Shown: positions 45,249 through 55,702 of the stretch, piece after piece | Layout: each line of letters opens with the position of its first letter | Position numbering within the stretch: position 1 is the first letter of the stretch | Assembly: GCA_002439085.1 (NCBI GenBank) | Contig: DJSW01000029.1 | Span: forward strand, 70,114-134,113 | Direction of reading: 5' to 3' | Length of the DNA: 64,000 bases | Origin: Alphaproteobacteria bacterium UBA6324 | GTDB lineage: Bacteria; Pseudomonadota; Alphaproteobacteria; CAAGCB01; CAG-977 | The notes under the pieces: generated by a model | Told to the model about the DNA's origin: nothing | The model's database searches: none | Seen by the model: only the letters and a program-made list of their open reading frames with translations | Position numbers and translations under genes: made by a program

Positions 45249-45932
45249 ATGTACACGCTTTACCATCATCCGGCCGACCCCTTTTCCCGCAAGGTGCGTC
45301 TTGTGCTGGCGGAAAAGGGGCTGGAATTCACGACGAAAACCGAAGAACCGTGGAAATACCGGCCGGAGTTTCTGGCCATGAATCCGGCGGGCGAAGTCCC
45401 CGTGCTGGAAGAACCCGACGGCCACATCCTGTGCGGCCACCGTCCGATTTGCGAATACATCGACGAAATCACGTCGCGCCCCCTGTTCGGCGCGTACGCC
45501 CGCGACAAAGCCGAAGTCCGCCGCCTGTGCGATTGGTTCGACGACAAGTTTTTCCACGAAGTCACTTATTATCTGGCCGGTGAAAAGATTATGAAACGGC
45601 TGACGGGCGGCGTGCCGGATTCCGACGCGATCCGCGCGGGGAAAACGAATCTGGCCGGACATATGAATTATATGGAATGGCTGTTGAAACAGCGCAACTG
45701 GTTGGCCGGCGAAGCGTTTTCCATGGCCGATTTCGCGGCGGCGGCGCAATTTTCCGTGCTGGATTACATCGGCGAAGTGCCTTGGGACAAAACGGAAAAC
45801 GGCCTGCCCGCGTTCGAGGAAACGAAAAACTGGTACGCACGCGTCAAATCACGCCCGTCGTTCCGTCCCGTTCTGGCCGACCGGATCACGGGCGTCATCG
45901 CCGCGCCGCATTACGGGGATTTGGATTTTTAA
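45249..45932 (+). CDS. Glutathione S-transferase
   Basis: The thioredoxin-like N-domain is present (LYHHPADPFSRKVRLVLAEKGL...GEVPVLE), together with the alpha-helical C-domain. Confidence 0.8.
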   Translation: MYTLYHHPADPFSRKVRLVLAEKGLEFTTKTEEPWKYRPEFLAMNPAGEVPVLEEPDGHILCGHRPICEYIDEITSRPLFGAYARDKAEVRRLCDWFDDKFFHEVTYYLAGEKIMKRLTGGVPDSDAIRAGKTNLAGHMNYMEWLLKQRNWLAGEAFSMADFAAAAQFSVLDYIGEVPWDKTENGLPAFEETKNWYARVKSRPSFRPVLADRITGVIAAPHYGDLDF

Positions 45933-45942
45933 GGATACCGCC

Positions 45943-46317
45943 ATGAAACGCATTTGCCGACTGTTCGCCCTTTGCCTGTTGCTGACCGCCTGTTCTTCGC
46001 CGACGCGCGTTTATTATTGGGCGAAGGACAACACCGGCGCGGACAGGTTCGTCAGCGACCACAACAAATGTCTGAGCCAAGCCGATTTCTGGCCGTGGCG
46101 GCGCATCAGTTTCGACCCGATGTCGCCCGAAACGTTGGATCTGCGGTTGAATTTGAAAGACGGCGGCATCTGGGCGAACTATTCCCCCTACCCCGGCGCG
46201 ATGCCCGTTTTCGTCAACACGGCCACCCCGTCGAAAACCGTCATTTACTGGCGTTACGCGCGTTGTATGCGCAAAGCCGGATACCGCGAACGCCGTCCCT
46301 ACGGCGGCCCGCTTTAA
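45943..46317 (+). CDS. Small lipoprotein, hypothetical
   Basis: Lipobox LLLTACSSP. No recognisable domain. Confidence 0.45.
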   Translation: MKRICRLFALCLLLTACSSPTRVYYWAKDNTGADRFVSDHNKCLSQADFWPWRRISFDPMSPETLDLRLNLKDGGIWANYSPYPGAMPVFVNTATPSKTVIYWRYARCMRKAGYRERRPYGGPL

Positions 46318-46341
46318 CTTTGAAACGAATCGGAAAGAATC

Positions 46342-47508
46342 ATGACTGATCAAAAAAAGACACCCGTCATCCTGCAAATCCTGCCGCGCCTGGAAACCGG
46401 CGGCGTCGAACGCGGCACGACCGAAATCGCCGCCGCGATCAAAGACGCCGGCTGGACATCCGTTGTCGTTTCCGGCGGCGGGCGGCTGGTGCACGATCTG
46501 GAACGCGGCGGAACGGAACATATCACTTTGCCCGTTTATTCAAAAAACTGGTTCACCATGCGCCGCAACGCCGCGAAGCTGGCGAAAATCATCAAAGAAA
46601 AGAACGTTGACATCGTTCACGCCCGATCCCGCGCGCCGGCGTGGTGCGCCAAATGGGCGTGCGAAATGACGGGCGTCCCCTTTTTGACGACGTTCCACGG
46701 CGCGTACAACATGGGGCCGTTCAATATTAAAAAAGGATACAACAAGGTTATGATCGACGGCGTGATGACGATCGCCGTGTCGAACTTTATCAAAAGTTAC
46801 ATTCTGGAACACTATCCCGAAAAGGATCCGGAAACGATCCGCGTCATCCACCGCGGCGCCGACATCGACCGGTTCAACACGGCGCAAGTGTCGCAGGAAC
46901 GCATGATCGCCCTGTCGCAAAAATGGCGTCTGCCCGAAGATTTGCCCGTCATCATGCTGCCCGGCCGTCTGACCCGTTGGAAAGGCCAGATCGTCATGCT
47001 GGACGCTTTGGCGCAAATGAAACACAAAAACGTGCGCTGTCTGTTCGTCGGTTCGGATCAGGGGCGGACGGGATACCGCCGCGAACTGGAACGGAAGATT
47101 AAAAAGCTGGGGCTGACGGGCGTTGTGCAAATGGTTGACCATTGCAGCGAAATGGACGTGGCCTATATGCTGTCCGACATCGTCGTGTCCGCCTCCACCG
47201 ATCCGGAGGCGTTCGGCCGCGTCGTCCCCGAAGCGCAGGCGATGGGGCGGCTGGTCGTCGGTCCCGACCACGGCGGCGCGACGGAAACGATCCGCGACGG
47301 CGAAACGGGATTTTTGTTCAAACACGGCGACGCCGCCGATTTGGCGCAAAAGCTGGACGCCATGCTGGACATGACCGCGGAGGGGAAAAAGAAAATGACC
47401 GAAGCCGCCGTCAAAAGCGTACGCGACGATTTTTCCAAAACGAAAATGTGCGAAAAGACAATCGCCCTTTACCGTGAAATCATCGAAAAGGCGAACGCGG
47501 ACAAATGA
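46342..47508 (+). CDS. Glycosyltransferase family 4 (GT-B fold)
   Basis: The GT4 C-terminal motif region is present (EAFGRVVPEAQAMGRLVVGPDHGGATETI). Confidence 0.75.
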   Translation: MTDQKKTPVILQILPRLETGGVERGTTEIAAAIKDAGWTSVVVSGGGRLVHDLERGGTEHITLPVYSKNWFTMRRNAAKLAKIIKEKNVDIVHARSRAPAWCAKWACEMTGVPFLTTFHGAYNMGPFNIKKGYNKVMIDGVMTIAVSNFIKSYILEHYPEKDPETIRVIHRGADIDRFNTAQVSQERMIALSQKWRLPEDLPVIMLPGRLTRWKGQIVMLDALAQMKHKNVRCLFVGSDQGRTGYRRELERKIKKLGLTGVVQMVDHCSEMDVAYMLSDIVVSASTDPEAFGRVVPEAQAMGRLVVGPDHGGATETIRDGETGFLFKHGDAADLAQKLDAMLDMTAEGKKKMTEAAVKSVRDDFSKTKMCEKTIALYREIIEKANADK

Positions 47509-49154
47509 CGGCGAAGCGAAAGGGGATTTTCGTCTTTTTCCTGTTTTTGATCGCGGGCGGGCTGGTTTCCGCCGTCCTGCGCCATGAAAACACGTGGGAT
47601 TTGTACAATTACCACTATTACAACGGGTTCGCCCTGCTGAACGGCCGCGTCGGGTTCGATTTGGCGCCGGCGTTCATCATGTCGTTTTTCAACCCGCTGG
47701 CGGACGGCGTCGTCTATCTGCTGATCCGCGCGTTCAACGACCGCGTCCCGCTGTACAGTTTCTTTACGGGGCTGTATTTCGGCGGGCTGATGTACGTTTT
47801 GTTCCTGATCAACCGCCTGTTTTTCGACACATCGACGCGCAGGGGGCGGATCGCGGCGGTTTTGTCGCTGTGCGCCGGCGCAACGGGGTTTGCAACATGG
47901 TTTCAAATCGGCAGTTCGACCAACGAAATCCCCGTTTCGATCCTTGTCCTGACCGGTGTTTACCTGTTATTGAAGCTGATCGCCACTCCGACAGGCGCGG
48001 CAAACTTGAAAACCGTATTCATCGCGGGTATGCTGCTGGGATCGGCCGCGGGGCTGAAATACACGTCGGCGATTTACTGCCTGACATCGGGGATCGCGTT
48101 CATCCTGTTTCGCAATCGGATTTCGTCCGCCTCCGTCAAGGCGCTGCTTTTGTTCATCGCGGGCGGACTGACCGGATTTCTGGCGTTCAACGGATACTGG
48201 ATGTATCTGATGTACAAAAACTACGACAGCCCGTTTTTCCCGCTGTTCAACGCGGTTTTCAAATCCCCGTGGTTTCCGGAAATCAACACGCGCGACCAAA
48301 TCCACGTCGCCGCCCGATCCGTCGGCCGCGCCCTGTCCGTCCCGCTGGAAATGATCAATCACACAAAGAAAAAAGAACTGGTCGGATTTTACCGGTTCAC
48401 GGACGCGCGGTTTTATTTCATGTACCTGTTCGGCGCAATTTTCCTGTGTTCGAGGGCGTTTGAAAACGCGCCGAAACCGCGGCCGCAAACGTTGTTTTTG
48501 ATGACGTTCGCGGGAACGTCGTTTCTGGTTTGGCTGTTTTTCTTTTCCATCATCCGCTACGTCATCCCGTTTGAAACCGTTTTGCCGGTGTTGTTCGGAA
48601 CCGCCCTGCTGTCCGTCGCGCCGAAATCGAAAAAACTGTTCCGGCGCGCCTATGTCCCTTTGTGCGTTTTTGTCTGCGCCGCGTTGCTGGTCACGCCGTT
48701 TGCGTCGGAAACCAGCCACCTGCGCGGCCGCAAAAGCGTCATCGCGTTTCCGAACGGGTTTGACATTCCGGACAATTCGCTGATTTTCATTTTAAACGAA
48801 CCGTCCACGCATCTGGTCGTCGATTTGCTGAAACGGCATCCGCGGTCGCGGGCGCTGAGCTTTTCGACGCAAATGGATTCGACATGGGCGATCGCCCCCT
48901 ACGGCATTACGGGATACGGCAAGTTCAAGGAAAAAACCGCGGAGGTCATCAACAACCACGACGGCGCGTTCGTCGCGGTCGGGCACACGGCCTTTCCCTT
49001 TTTGAACGACATCTGCCGGCCGTTGAACGCGCTTTCCGTCGTTTCGGGGGAAAAGCCGCTGTTTTACTTCGCCTGCGTCGGCGACGAACAAAGTATGCTG
49101 AAAACGTTTCCCAACCTGTATATGGGCATTATCGACGGAAAAAAAGCGGATTAG
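47505..49154 (+). CDS. Polytopic membrane protein, probable GT-C-type glycosyltransferase (PMT/ArnT/DUF2029-like)
   Basis: The start overlaps the GT4 stop. There are about 12 TM helices with an acidic/aromatic first periplasmic loop (WDLYNYHYYNG). The family call is tentative. Confidence 0.45.
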   Translation: MTAKRKGIFVFFLFLIAGGLVSAVLRHENTWDLYNYHYYNGFALLNGRVGFDLAPAFIMSFFNPLADGVVYLLIRAFNDRVPLYSFFTGLYFGGLMYVLFLINRLFFDTSTRRGRIAAVLSLCAGATGFATWFQIGSSTNEIPVSILVLTGVYLLLKLIATPTGAANLKTVFIAGMLLGSAAGLKYTSAIYCLTSGIAFILFRNRISSASVKALLLFIAGGLTGFLAFNGYWMYLMYKNYDSPFFPLFNAVFKSPWFPEINTRDQIHVAARSVGRALSVPLEMINHTKKKELVGFYRFTDARFYFMYLFGAIFLCSRAFENAPKPRPQTLFLMTFAGTSFLVWLFFFSIIRYVIPFETVLPVLFGTALLSVAPKSKKLFRRAYVPLCVFVCAALLVTPFASETSHLRGRKSVIAFPNGFDIPDNSLIFILNEPSTHLVVDLLKRHPRSRALSFSTQMDSTWAIAPYGITGYGKFKEKTAEVINNHDGAFVAVGHTAFPFLNDICRPLNALSVVSGEKPLFYFACVGDEQSMLKTFPNLYMGIIDGKKAD

Positions 49155-49226
49155 GTCTTGAATACGGGACAAAGCGGAATTACAATGCGCGCATCTAAAA
49201 CTTTAATATGAAAGAAGACTGTTTTC

Positions 49227-51146
49227 ATGGTTTCGATTAAACTTCCCGACAGCTCGGTGCTGTCATTCGACGGAGCGACCGACGGGGCGCAAATCGCCGC
49301 CAAAATCGGCGCGGGACTGGCCAAAGCGGCTTTGGCGATCAAAGTCAACGGCAAACTGCAGGATCTGGCGACGCCGATCGCGTCCGACGCCGACATCGAC
49401 ATCATCACCGCGAAATCGCCCGAAGGGCTGGACATCATCCGCCACACCTGTTCGCATGTCATGGCGCAGGCGGTGCAGGAACTGTACCCCGAAACGCAGG
49501 TGACGATCGGACCGGCGATCGAAAACGGCTTCTATTACGATTTTGCGCGGGAAAAACCGTTCACTTTGGCCGATTTGGAAGCCATCGAAAAACGCATGGC
49601 GGAAATCGTGGATCGCGACGAACCCGTCGTGCGCGAGGAAAAATCCCGCGAAGACGCCATCGCTTTCTTTAAGAAAAAAGGCGAAAAATACAAAGTCGAA
49701 CTGATCGAAGACCTGCCCGCCGACGCGGTGATCAGCTTTTACCGTCAGGGCGACTTCATCGACCTGTGCCGCGGTCCGCATCTGCCATCCACGGGCAAGG
49801 TCGGCAAGGCGTTCAAATTGATGAAGGTCGCGGGCGCGTATTGGCGCGGCGATTCTTCGCGCGAACAGCTGCAGCGCATTTACGGCACGGCTTGGGCGGA
49901 CAAAAAAGCTCTGGACGCCTATCTGGTTCAGCTGGAAGAGGCCGAAAAACGCGACCACCGCAAGCTGGGACGCGAAATGGATCTGTTCCATTTCGAGGAC
50001 GTCGCCCCCGGCGACATTTTCTGGCACCCGCACGGCTGGACGCTGTTCCAGACGCTGATCAACTATCTGCGCAAACGGCAAAACGATGTCGGCTATGTCG
50101 AAATCAACACGCCGCAGATTATGGATCGCGTTTTGTGGGAAACGTCGGGGCATTGGGACTGGTACCGCGAAAATATGTTCACGACCACGATCGAAGACCG
50201 CGTTTTCTGCGTCAAACCGATGAACTGCCCCGGCGGTATTCTGGTGTTCAAACAGGGCATCAAATCCTACCGCGACCTGCCGCAGTACATCGCCGAATTC
50301 GGCCGCGTCCACCGCTACGAAGCGTCGGGCGCTCTGCACGGATTGTTCCGCGTTCGCGCGTTCACGCAGGACGACGCGCACATTTTCTGCACGCCCGAAC
50401 AACTGGAAGACGAATGCCAGAAGGTCGTCCGCCTGATGCTGGACATCTACGACGCGTTCGGATTGAAAGACGTCAGCATCAAACTGTCCACCCGCCCCGC
50501 CGAACGCATCGGCGCCGACGAATTGTGGGACAAGACGGAAACCGCGTTGGCGCAGGCGTTGACCGACATGGGGTACAAATACACGCTGAACCCCGGCGAC
50601 GGCGCGTTCTACGGCCCGAAACTGGACTTCAAGGTCAAAGACGCGATCGGCCGCGAATGGCAGCTGGGCACGCTGCAGGTTGACATGAACCTGCCGGAAC
50701 GTTTCGACGTTTCCTATATCGGCGAAGACGGCGAAAAACACCGCCCGATCATGTTGCACCGCGCTTTGTTCGGTTCGCTGGAACGCTTTACGGGCATCAT
50801 GATTGAACATTACGCGGGCAAATTCCCGTTCTGGCTCGCCCCCGTTCAGGCGGTCGTCGCAACGATCACCGACGACGGCGACGAATACGCGGCCGAGGTT
50901 GTAAAAGCGTTGAAAAAGGCCGGCATCCGCGCCGAAATCGACCTGCGCAACGAAAAGATCAGCTACAAGATCCGCGAACATTCGTTGAAAAAGGTTCCCG
51001 TCGTGCTGGTCATCGGCAAAAAAGAAGCCGCCGACAAAACCGTCACGATCAGACGTTTGGGACAGGAAAAGCAAGAAACGCTTGCACTTGGCGACGTAGT
51101 TGCTAAACTGACCGCCGAAGCGGCGTGGCCGCATATTGAAGACTAA
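49227..51146 (+). CDS. thrS: Threonyl-tRNA synthetase
   Basis: The TGS domain is present, along with class II aaRS motifs (FRVRAFTQDDAHIF) and the anticodon-binding domain. Confidence 0.9.
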   Translation: MVSIKLPDSSVLSFDGATDGAQIAAKIGAGLAKAALAIKVNGKLQDLATPIASDADIDIITAKSPEGLDIIRHTCSHVMAQAVQELYPETQVTIGPAIENGFYYDFAREKPFTLADLEAIEKRMAEIVDRDEPVVREEKSREDAIAFFKKKGEKYKVELIEDLPADAVISFYRQGDFIDLCRGPHLPSTGKVGKAFKLMKVAGAYWRGDSSREQLQRIYGTAWADKKALDAYLVQLEEAEKRDHRKLGREMDLFHFEDVAPGDIFWHPHGWTLFQTLINYLRKRQNDVGYVEINTPQIMDRVLWETSGHWDWYRENMFTTTIEDRVFCVKPMNCPGGILVFKQGIKSYRDLPQYIAEFGRVHRYEASGALHGLFRVRAFTQDDAHIFCTPEQLEDECQKVVRLMLDIYDAFGLKDVSIKLSTRPAERIGADELWDKTETALAQALTDMGYKYTLNPGDGAFYGPKLDFKVKDAIGREWQLGTLQVDMNLPERFDVSYIGEDGEKHRPIMLHRALFGSLERFTGIMIEHYAGKFPFWLAPVQAVVATITDDGDEYAAEVVKALKKAGIRAEIDLRNEKISYKIREHSLKKVPVVLVIGKKEAADKTVTIRRLGQEKQETLALGDVVAKLTAEAAWPHIED

Positions 51147-51168
51147 CCTTAACTGATGGAGGCTTTTT

Positions 51169-51705
51169 ATATCTACCGATACGACACAGGCATCGCCCAC
51201 CCGTGAGGGGCCGCGTGCCAACAAAGACATTACGGCGAGAGAAGTCCGCCTGATCGGCGCCGACGGCGAGAACGTCGGGGTTGTTTCCGTGCGCGAAGCG
51301 TTGCGCATGGCCGACGAAGCGGGTTTGGATCTGATCGAAATTTCGCCGAACGCCAATCCGCCCGTTTGCAAAATTCTGGATCTGGGCAAATACCGCTATG
51401 AACTGCAAAAGAAAAAAGCGGAAGCCCGCAAAAACCAGAAAGTTGTCGAAATCAAGGAAATCAAGCTGAGTCCGAATATCGACACGCACGATTACGAAGT
51501 CAAATTGCGTAACGCGCAGCGCTTTATTTCCGAAGGCAACAAAGTCAAATTCACCCTGCGTTTCCGCGGCCGTGAAATGGCGTATCAGGAACAGGGCGAA
51601 GAAATCATGGCGCGCGTTGTCGAAGATTCGGATTTATACGCCAAAGTCGAACATCCGGCGAAATTGGAAGGCAAACAGATCACCATGGTGATCGCGCCGA
51701 AATAA
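51169..51705 (+). CDS. infC: Translation initiation factor IF-3, probable non-AUG (ATA) start
   Basis: The IF3 N- and C-domains are present ([16 protein letters not shown]; [14 protein letters not shown]). The in-frame reading is open back to the TGA at 51154. GGAGG lies 7 nt upstream of an in-frame ATA. There is no in-frame ATG, GTG or TTG with a Shine-Dalgarno before the conserved region. Confidence 0.75.
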   Translation: MSTDTTQASPTREGPRANKDITAREVRLIGADGENVGVVSVREALRMADEAGLDLIEISPNANPPVCKILDLGKYRYELQKKKAEARKNQKVVEIKEIKLSPNIDTHDYEVKLRNAQRFISEGNKVKFTLRFRGREMAYQEQGEEIMARVVEDSDLYAKVEHPAKLEGKQITMVIAPK

Positions 51706-51725
51706 CGCCGCCGCGTTTTGAAAAA

Positions 51726-51750
51726 CCCCGCCGCCGCGCGGGGTTTTTTA
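51726..51750 (+). terminator. Rho-independent terminator after infC
   Basis: CCCCGC...GCGGGG stem followed by TTTTTTATT. Confidence 0.6.
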
Positions 51751-51806
51751 TTGCCTTTTTATCGCCGCCGTTTCGTGAAAAACGCCGCCCCGACGTTCGG
51801 ACACAC

Positions 51807-51836
51807 AAAAAAGCCCTCCGGACGGGAGGGCTTTTT
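51807..51836. terminator. Bidirectional terminator (A-run / GCCCTCCG-GACG-GGAGGGC / T-run)
   Basis: A perfect hairpin flanked by A5 and T5 tracts. It serves the convergent PPIase gene. Confidence 0.6.
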
Positions 51837-51851
51837 CCGAAAACGTCGCGA

Positions 51852-52700
51852 TTATTTCGCGGTGACTTTGCCGTCGGCGCCGAATTTGACCGGCGTCTTA
51901 ACGATCTTGGCTTTTTTGCGCAGTTTGGCCATCGTGTCTTCAACGGTTTTAGCGGCCTGCATCTGCATCAATTCGCGTTCGACTTCCTCGAATTTCGGGG
52001 GTTCGGCCAAACGGCGGGGGCCGGCTTTGATCACATGGTATCCGAATTTCGTTTTGACGGGCTGTTTGGAAATTTCGCCTTCTTTCATGGCGAAAGCCGC
52101 TTCGGAAAATTCGGGAACCATCAATTCACGCGAAAAATATCCCAGATCGCCGTCTTTCAGCCCTTTGTTTTCGGACAGCTTGTTCGCCAGTTCCGCGAAA
52201 TCGGCGCCCTTTTCCAGCTGTTTGATCACGTCGCGCGCTTCCTTTTCCGTTTTCAGCAGGATGTGGGCGGCGGACATTTCTTCCTGCGGGGGATTATCCT
52301 TTTTGAACTGTTCGTACAACGCTTCCAGCTTTTCCTTGGTCTGTTCCTTTTTCGCGCGCTGTTCCAAATAGTAACGCGCCAGCAGGGATTTTTCAAAATC
52401 CTTCAGCATCTTTTTGTATTCGGGCGTTTCCTGCACCTTTTCGGCCTTGGCCGCGGCGGCGACAACGTTCAAATCAATGATGTTGTCCAGCAAGGGTTCG
52501 TAAACGGTTTCCAACGGCATGGCGCCCAGCTGCGGGTTCGACGAACGCGCGGTTTCGATTTCGGACAGCGTGATTTTGTTGCCGTCAACCGTGGCGACGA
52601 CCAGATCCGTCGCGACAGCCGCCGCCTTTGACTTGGCGGCCTGCGCCGGCATCGCGAAGCACAGGACGGCCAAAGCGCCGGTGATAACTTTTTTGGACAT
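51852..52700 (-). CDS. Parvulin-type peptidyl-prolyl cis-trans isomerase (SurA/PrsA-like periplasmic chaperone)
   Basis: Signal peptide. The rotamase domain is present (SAAHILLK...GGDLGYF...FGYHVIK). Confidence 0.75.
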   Translation of the reverse strand: MSKKVITGALAVLCFAMPAQAAKSKAAAVATDLVVATVDGNKITLSEIETARSSNPQLGAMPLETVYEPLLDNIIDLNVVAAAAKAEKVQETPEYKKMLKDFEKSLLARYYLEQRAKKEQTKEKLEALYEQFKKDNPPQEEMSAAHILLKTEKEARDVIKQLEKGADFAELANKLSENKGLKDGDLGYFSRELMVPEFSEAAFAMKEGEISKQPVKTKFGYHVIKAGPRRLAEPPKFEEVERELMQMQAAKTVEDTMAKLRKKAKIVKTPVKFGADGKVTAK

Positions 52701-52833
52701 TGTTTCAACCTTTCTTGCAATGTTGGTTTTGACTGACGGATATCATACCACCTTTCAAAAACGGGTAAAGATTTAAAATTCCGCCGGACGCCCGAAAAAT
52801 ATGTTTTTTCGGCGGGGATGCCCAACTGAACGA

Positions 52834-52862
52834 TTGACACGCGCGGCTTTGTGGGCTTAACT
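52834..52862 (+). promoter_or_regulatory. Sigma70-like promoter upstream of secA (TTGACA - 17 nt - TTAACT)
   Basis: Sequence match only. Confidence 0.3.
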
Positions 52863-52897
52863 TGTGTGTTTTTATTTTATTATAAAGAGGTTTTGTC

Positions 52898-55639
52898 ATG
52901 ATCGGTTCTTTGATGCGCAAAATTTTCGGCAGCGCGAACGACAGGTACGTCAAGGGTTTGTATAAAACCGTCGCGAAAATCAACGCGATGGAACCCGAAA
53001 TCGCGGCGTTGTCCGATGAAGAGCTGAAAAACAAGACCCCCGCGCTGAAACAACGGCTGGCCGACGGGGAAACGTTGGACGACATCCTGCCCGAAGCGTT
53101 CGCCGTCGTGCGCGAAGCGTCCAAACGAACCATCGGATTGCGCCATTTCGACGTCCAGCTGATCGGCGGCATAGTTTTGCACCGCGGACAGATCGCCGAA
53201 ATGCGCACGGGCGAAGGCAAAACGCTGGTCGCGACGCTGGCCGTTTATTTGAACGCGCTGACGGGCAAGGGCGTCCACGTCGTCACGGTCAACGACTATC
53301 TGGCCAAACGCGACACGGAATGGATGGGGCGCATCTACCGTTTTCTGGGCATGACGGTCGGGTCGATCCTGCACGATATGTCGGACGAGGAACGCCGCGC
53401 CGCCTACGCCTGCGACATCACTTACGGGACGAACAACGAATTCGGGTTCGACTATCTGCGCGACAACATGAAATTTTCGATCGACGACATGGTGCAGCGG
53501 CCGTTCAACTTCGCCATCGTTGACGAAGTGGACTCCATCCTGATCGACGAAGCCAGAACGCCTTTGATCATTTCCGGTCAGGCCGAGGATTCGTCGGACA
53601 AATACATTCAGGTGGACGCGCTGATCCCCAAGCTGAAACCCGAACATTATGAAAAGGATGAAAAGCAGCGCACCGTTTCCCTGACCGAAAGCGGCACCCT
53701 GTACATGGAGGAATTGCTGCAGCAGGCCGGATTGATCACCGGCGCCATGTACGACGCCGTGAACGCGCCCGTCATCCACTATGTCGATCAGGCGTTGAAA
53801 GCGCACAAAATGTTCCAGCGCGACGTCGATTACATCGTGCGCAACGGTCAGGTCGTCATCATCGACGAATTCACCGGCCGCATGATGGAGGGACGCCGCT
53901 ATTCCGACGGCCTGCATCAGGCTTTGGAAGCCAAGGAACGCGTCAAGATCCAGCCGGAAAACCAGACGCTGGCGTCGATCACGTTCCAAAACTATTTCCG
54001 CCTGTATCCGAAACTGGCCGGCATGACGGGCACCGCGATGACCGAAGCGCCCGAATTCGCCGAAATCTACGGGTTGGAGGTCATCGACATCCCCACGAAC
54101 AAACCGTGCATCCGCATCGACCATCAGGACGAAATCTATTGGAAGGAAGACCAGAAATTAAAGGCCGTCATCGAACTGATCAAGGAATGCGCCGCCCGCA
54201 AACAGCCCGTTCTGGTCGGCACGACCTCGATTGAAAAATCGGAACAGCTGGCCGACCGCCTGCGTCGGGAAACAAAGCTGAAATTCAACGTTTTGAACGC
54301 GCGCCACCACGAACAGGAAGCGTACATCATCGCACAGGCGGGAATGCCCGGCGCGATCACAATCGCCACGAACATGGCCGGCCGCGGCACGGACATCCAG
54401 CTGGGCGGCAATCTGGAAATGCGCGTCGAACAGGAACTGGCCGACGTGACCGATCCCGCCGAACGCGAACGCCGCATCGCCGAAATCAAAAAGGAAATCG
54501 ACGAAGGCCGCGAAATCGCCATGAAAGCGGGCGGTCTGTACGTCATCGGCACGGAACGCCACGAAAGCCGCCGCATCGACAACCAGCTGCGCGGCCGTTC
54601 CGGACGTCAGGGCGACCCCGGCGCGTCGAAATTCTTCCTGTGCCTGCAGGACGACCTGTTGCGCATTTTCGGCGCGGACAGGATCGAAAAATTCCTGAAA
54701 CCGCTGGGCGGCATGGACGACACGGACGTCATTTCCAGCCCGTGGATTTCCAGAACGCTGCAAAAATCGCAGGAAAAGGTCGAAGCCCGCAACTTCGACA
54801 TCCGCAAAAACCTGTTGAAATACGACAACGTGATGAACGACCAGCGCAAAGTCATTTACGACCAGCGCAGGGAATTGATGATGGCGGATTCGATCACCGA
54901 CACGATCAAGGATATGCGCGACGAAATCATCGCGGCGATGACCGAAACCTATACGCCCGAAGACGCCGCGGCCGACGATTGGAACGTCGCCGCGCTGAAA
55001 GAGGACGTCGAACGTCTGCTGGGGCTGACTTTGCCGATTGATTCGTGGATCGGCGAAGGCATCGGAACGCAAGAGCTGACGGAACGCCTGCAAAAGGCCG
55101 CCGACGAAAAAATGGCCGCCAAGCGTCGGCTGTTCGGCGACGACCTGATGAACATGATCGAAAAGAACATCACTTTGCAGATTTTGGATCAGGTTTGGAA
55201 AGAACACCTGCAGGTGTTGGAATATATGCGCCACACGATCGTTTTGCGCGCCTACGGCCAAAAAGACCCCTTGAACGAATACAAAAAAGAGGCTTTTTAC
55301 CTGTTCAGCGGCATGATCGGCAATATGCGCGAACAGGTGACGCAGTTCCTGACGCACGTCGAACTGGCGCCCGAAACCGTCGAAGCGATTGAGGAAAACC
55401 GCCGCCGTCAGCAGGAAATGACCGCGCACCACGACGAATTGGAAACCGACGCGTTCGGCAACCCGTCGGCGTCGCAGCGCGAAATCGACCGCGAATTGGA
55501 CAGAAGCCCGTTCAAATACACGCAATCCGACGAAATCGACCCGAACGACCCGTCCACATGGGGCAAAGTGTCGCGCAACGCGCCCTGCCCGTGCGGTTCG
55601 GGAAAGAAATACAAACATTGTCACGGCGCGATCGCCTGA
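52898..55639 (+). CDS. secA: Preprotein translocase ATPase SecA
   Basis: The DEAD-like motor is present ([13 protein letters not shown]; [19 protein letters not shown]). The C-terminal zinc-binding tail is present ([14 protein letters not shown]). Confidence 0.9.
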   Translation: MIGSLMRKIFGSANDRYVKGLYKTVAKINAMEPEIAALSDEELKNKTPALKQRLADGETLDDILPEAFAVVREASKRTIGLRHFDVQLIGGIVLHRGQIAEMRTGEGKTLVATLAVYLNALTGKGVHVVTVNDYLAKRDTEWMGRIYRFLGMTVGSILHDMSDEERRAAYACDITYGTNNEFGFDYLRDNMKFSIDDMVQRPFNFAIVDEVDSILIDEARTPLIISGQAEDSSDKYIQVDALIPKLKPEHYEKDEKQRTVSLTESGTLYMEELLQQAGLITGAMYDAVNAPVIHYVDQALKAHKMFQRDVDYIVRNGQVVIIDEFTGRMMEGRRYSDGLHQALEAKERVKIQPENQTLASITFQNYFRLYPKLAGMTGTAMTEAPEFAEIYGLEVIDIPTNKPCIRIDHQDEIYWKEDQKLKAVIELIKECAARKQPVLVGTTSIEKSEQLADRLRRETKLKFNVLNARHHEQEAYIIAQAGMPGAITIATNMAGRGTDIQLGGNLEMRVEQELADVTDPAERERRIAEIKKEIDEGREIAMKAGGLYVIGTERHESRRIDNQLRGRSGRQGDPGASKFFLCLQDDLLRIFGADRIEKFLKPLGGMDDTDVISSPWISRTLQKSQEKVEARNFDIRKNLLKYDNVMNDQRKVIYDQRRELMMADSITDTIKDMRDEIIAAMTETYTPEDAAADDWNVAALKEDVERLLGLTLPIDSWIGEGIGTQELTERLQKAADEKMAAKRRLFGDDLMNMIEKNITLQILDQVWKEHLQVLEYMRHTIVLRAYGQKDPLNEYKKEAFYLFSGMIGNMREQVTQFLTHVELAPETVEAIEENRRRQQEMTAHHDELETDAFGNPSASQREIDRELDRSPFKYTQSDEIDPNDPSTWGKVSRNAPCPCGSGKKYKHCHGAIA

Positions 55640-55660
55640 CATTCCGGTACGGGTAAAACA

Positions 55661-55702
55661 CGGCCGCCGCGCCTTTGACAGGTTCGGCGGCTGTTTTTTT
55701 TT
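55661..55702. terminator. Terminator between convergent secA and uvrC
   Basis: GC-rich imperfect stem (CGGCCGCCG...CGGCGGCTG) followed by a T9 run. Confidence 0.55.
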
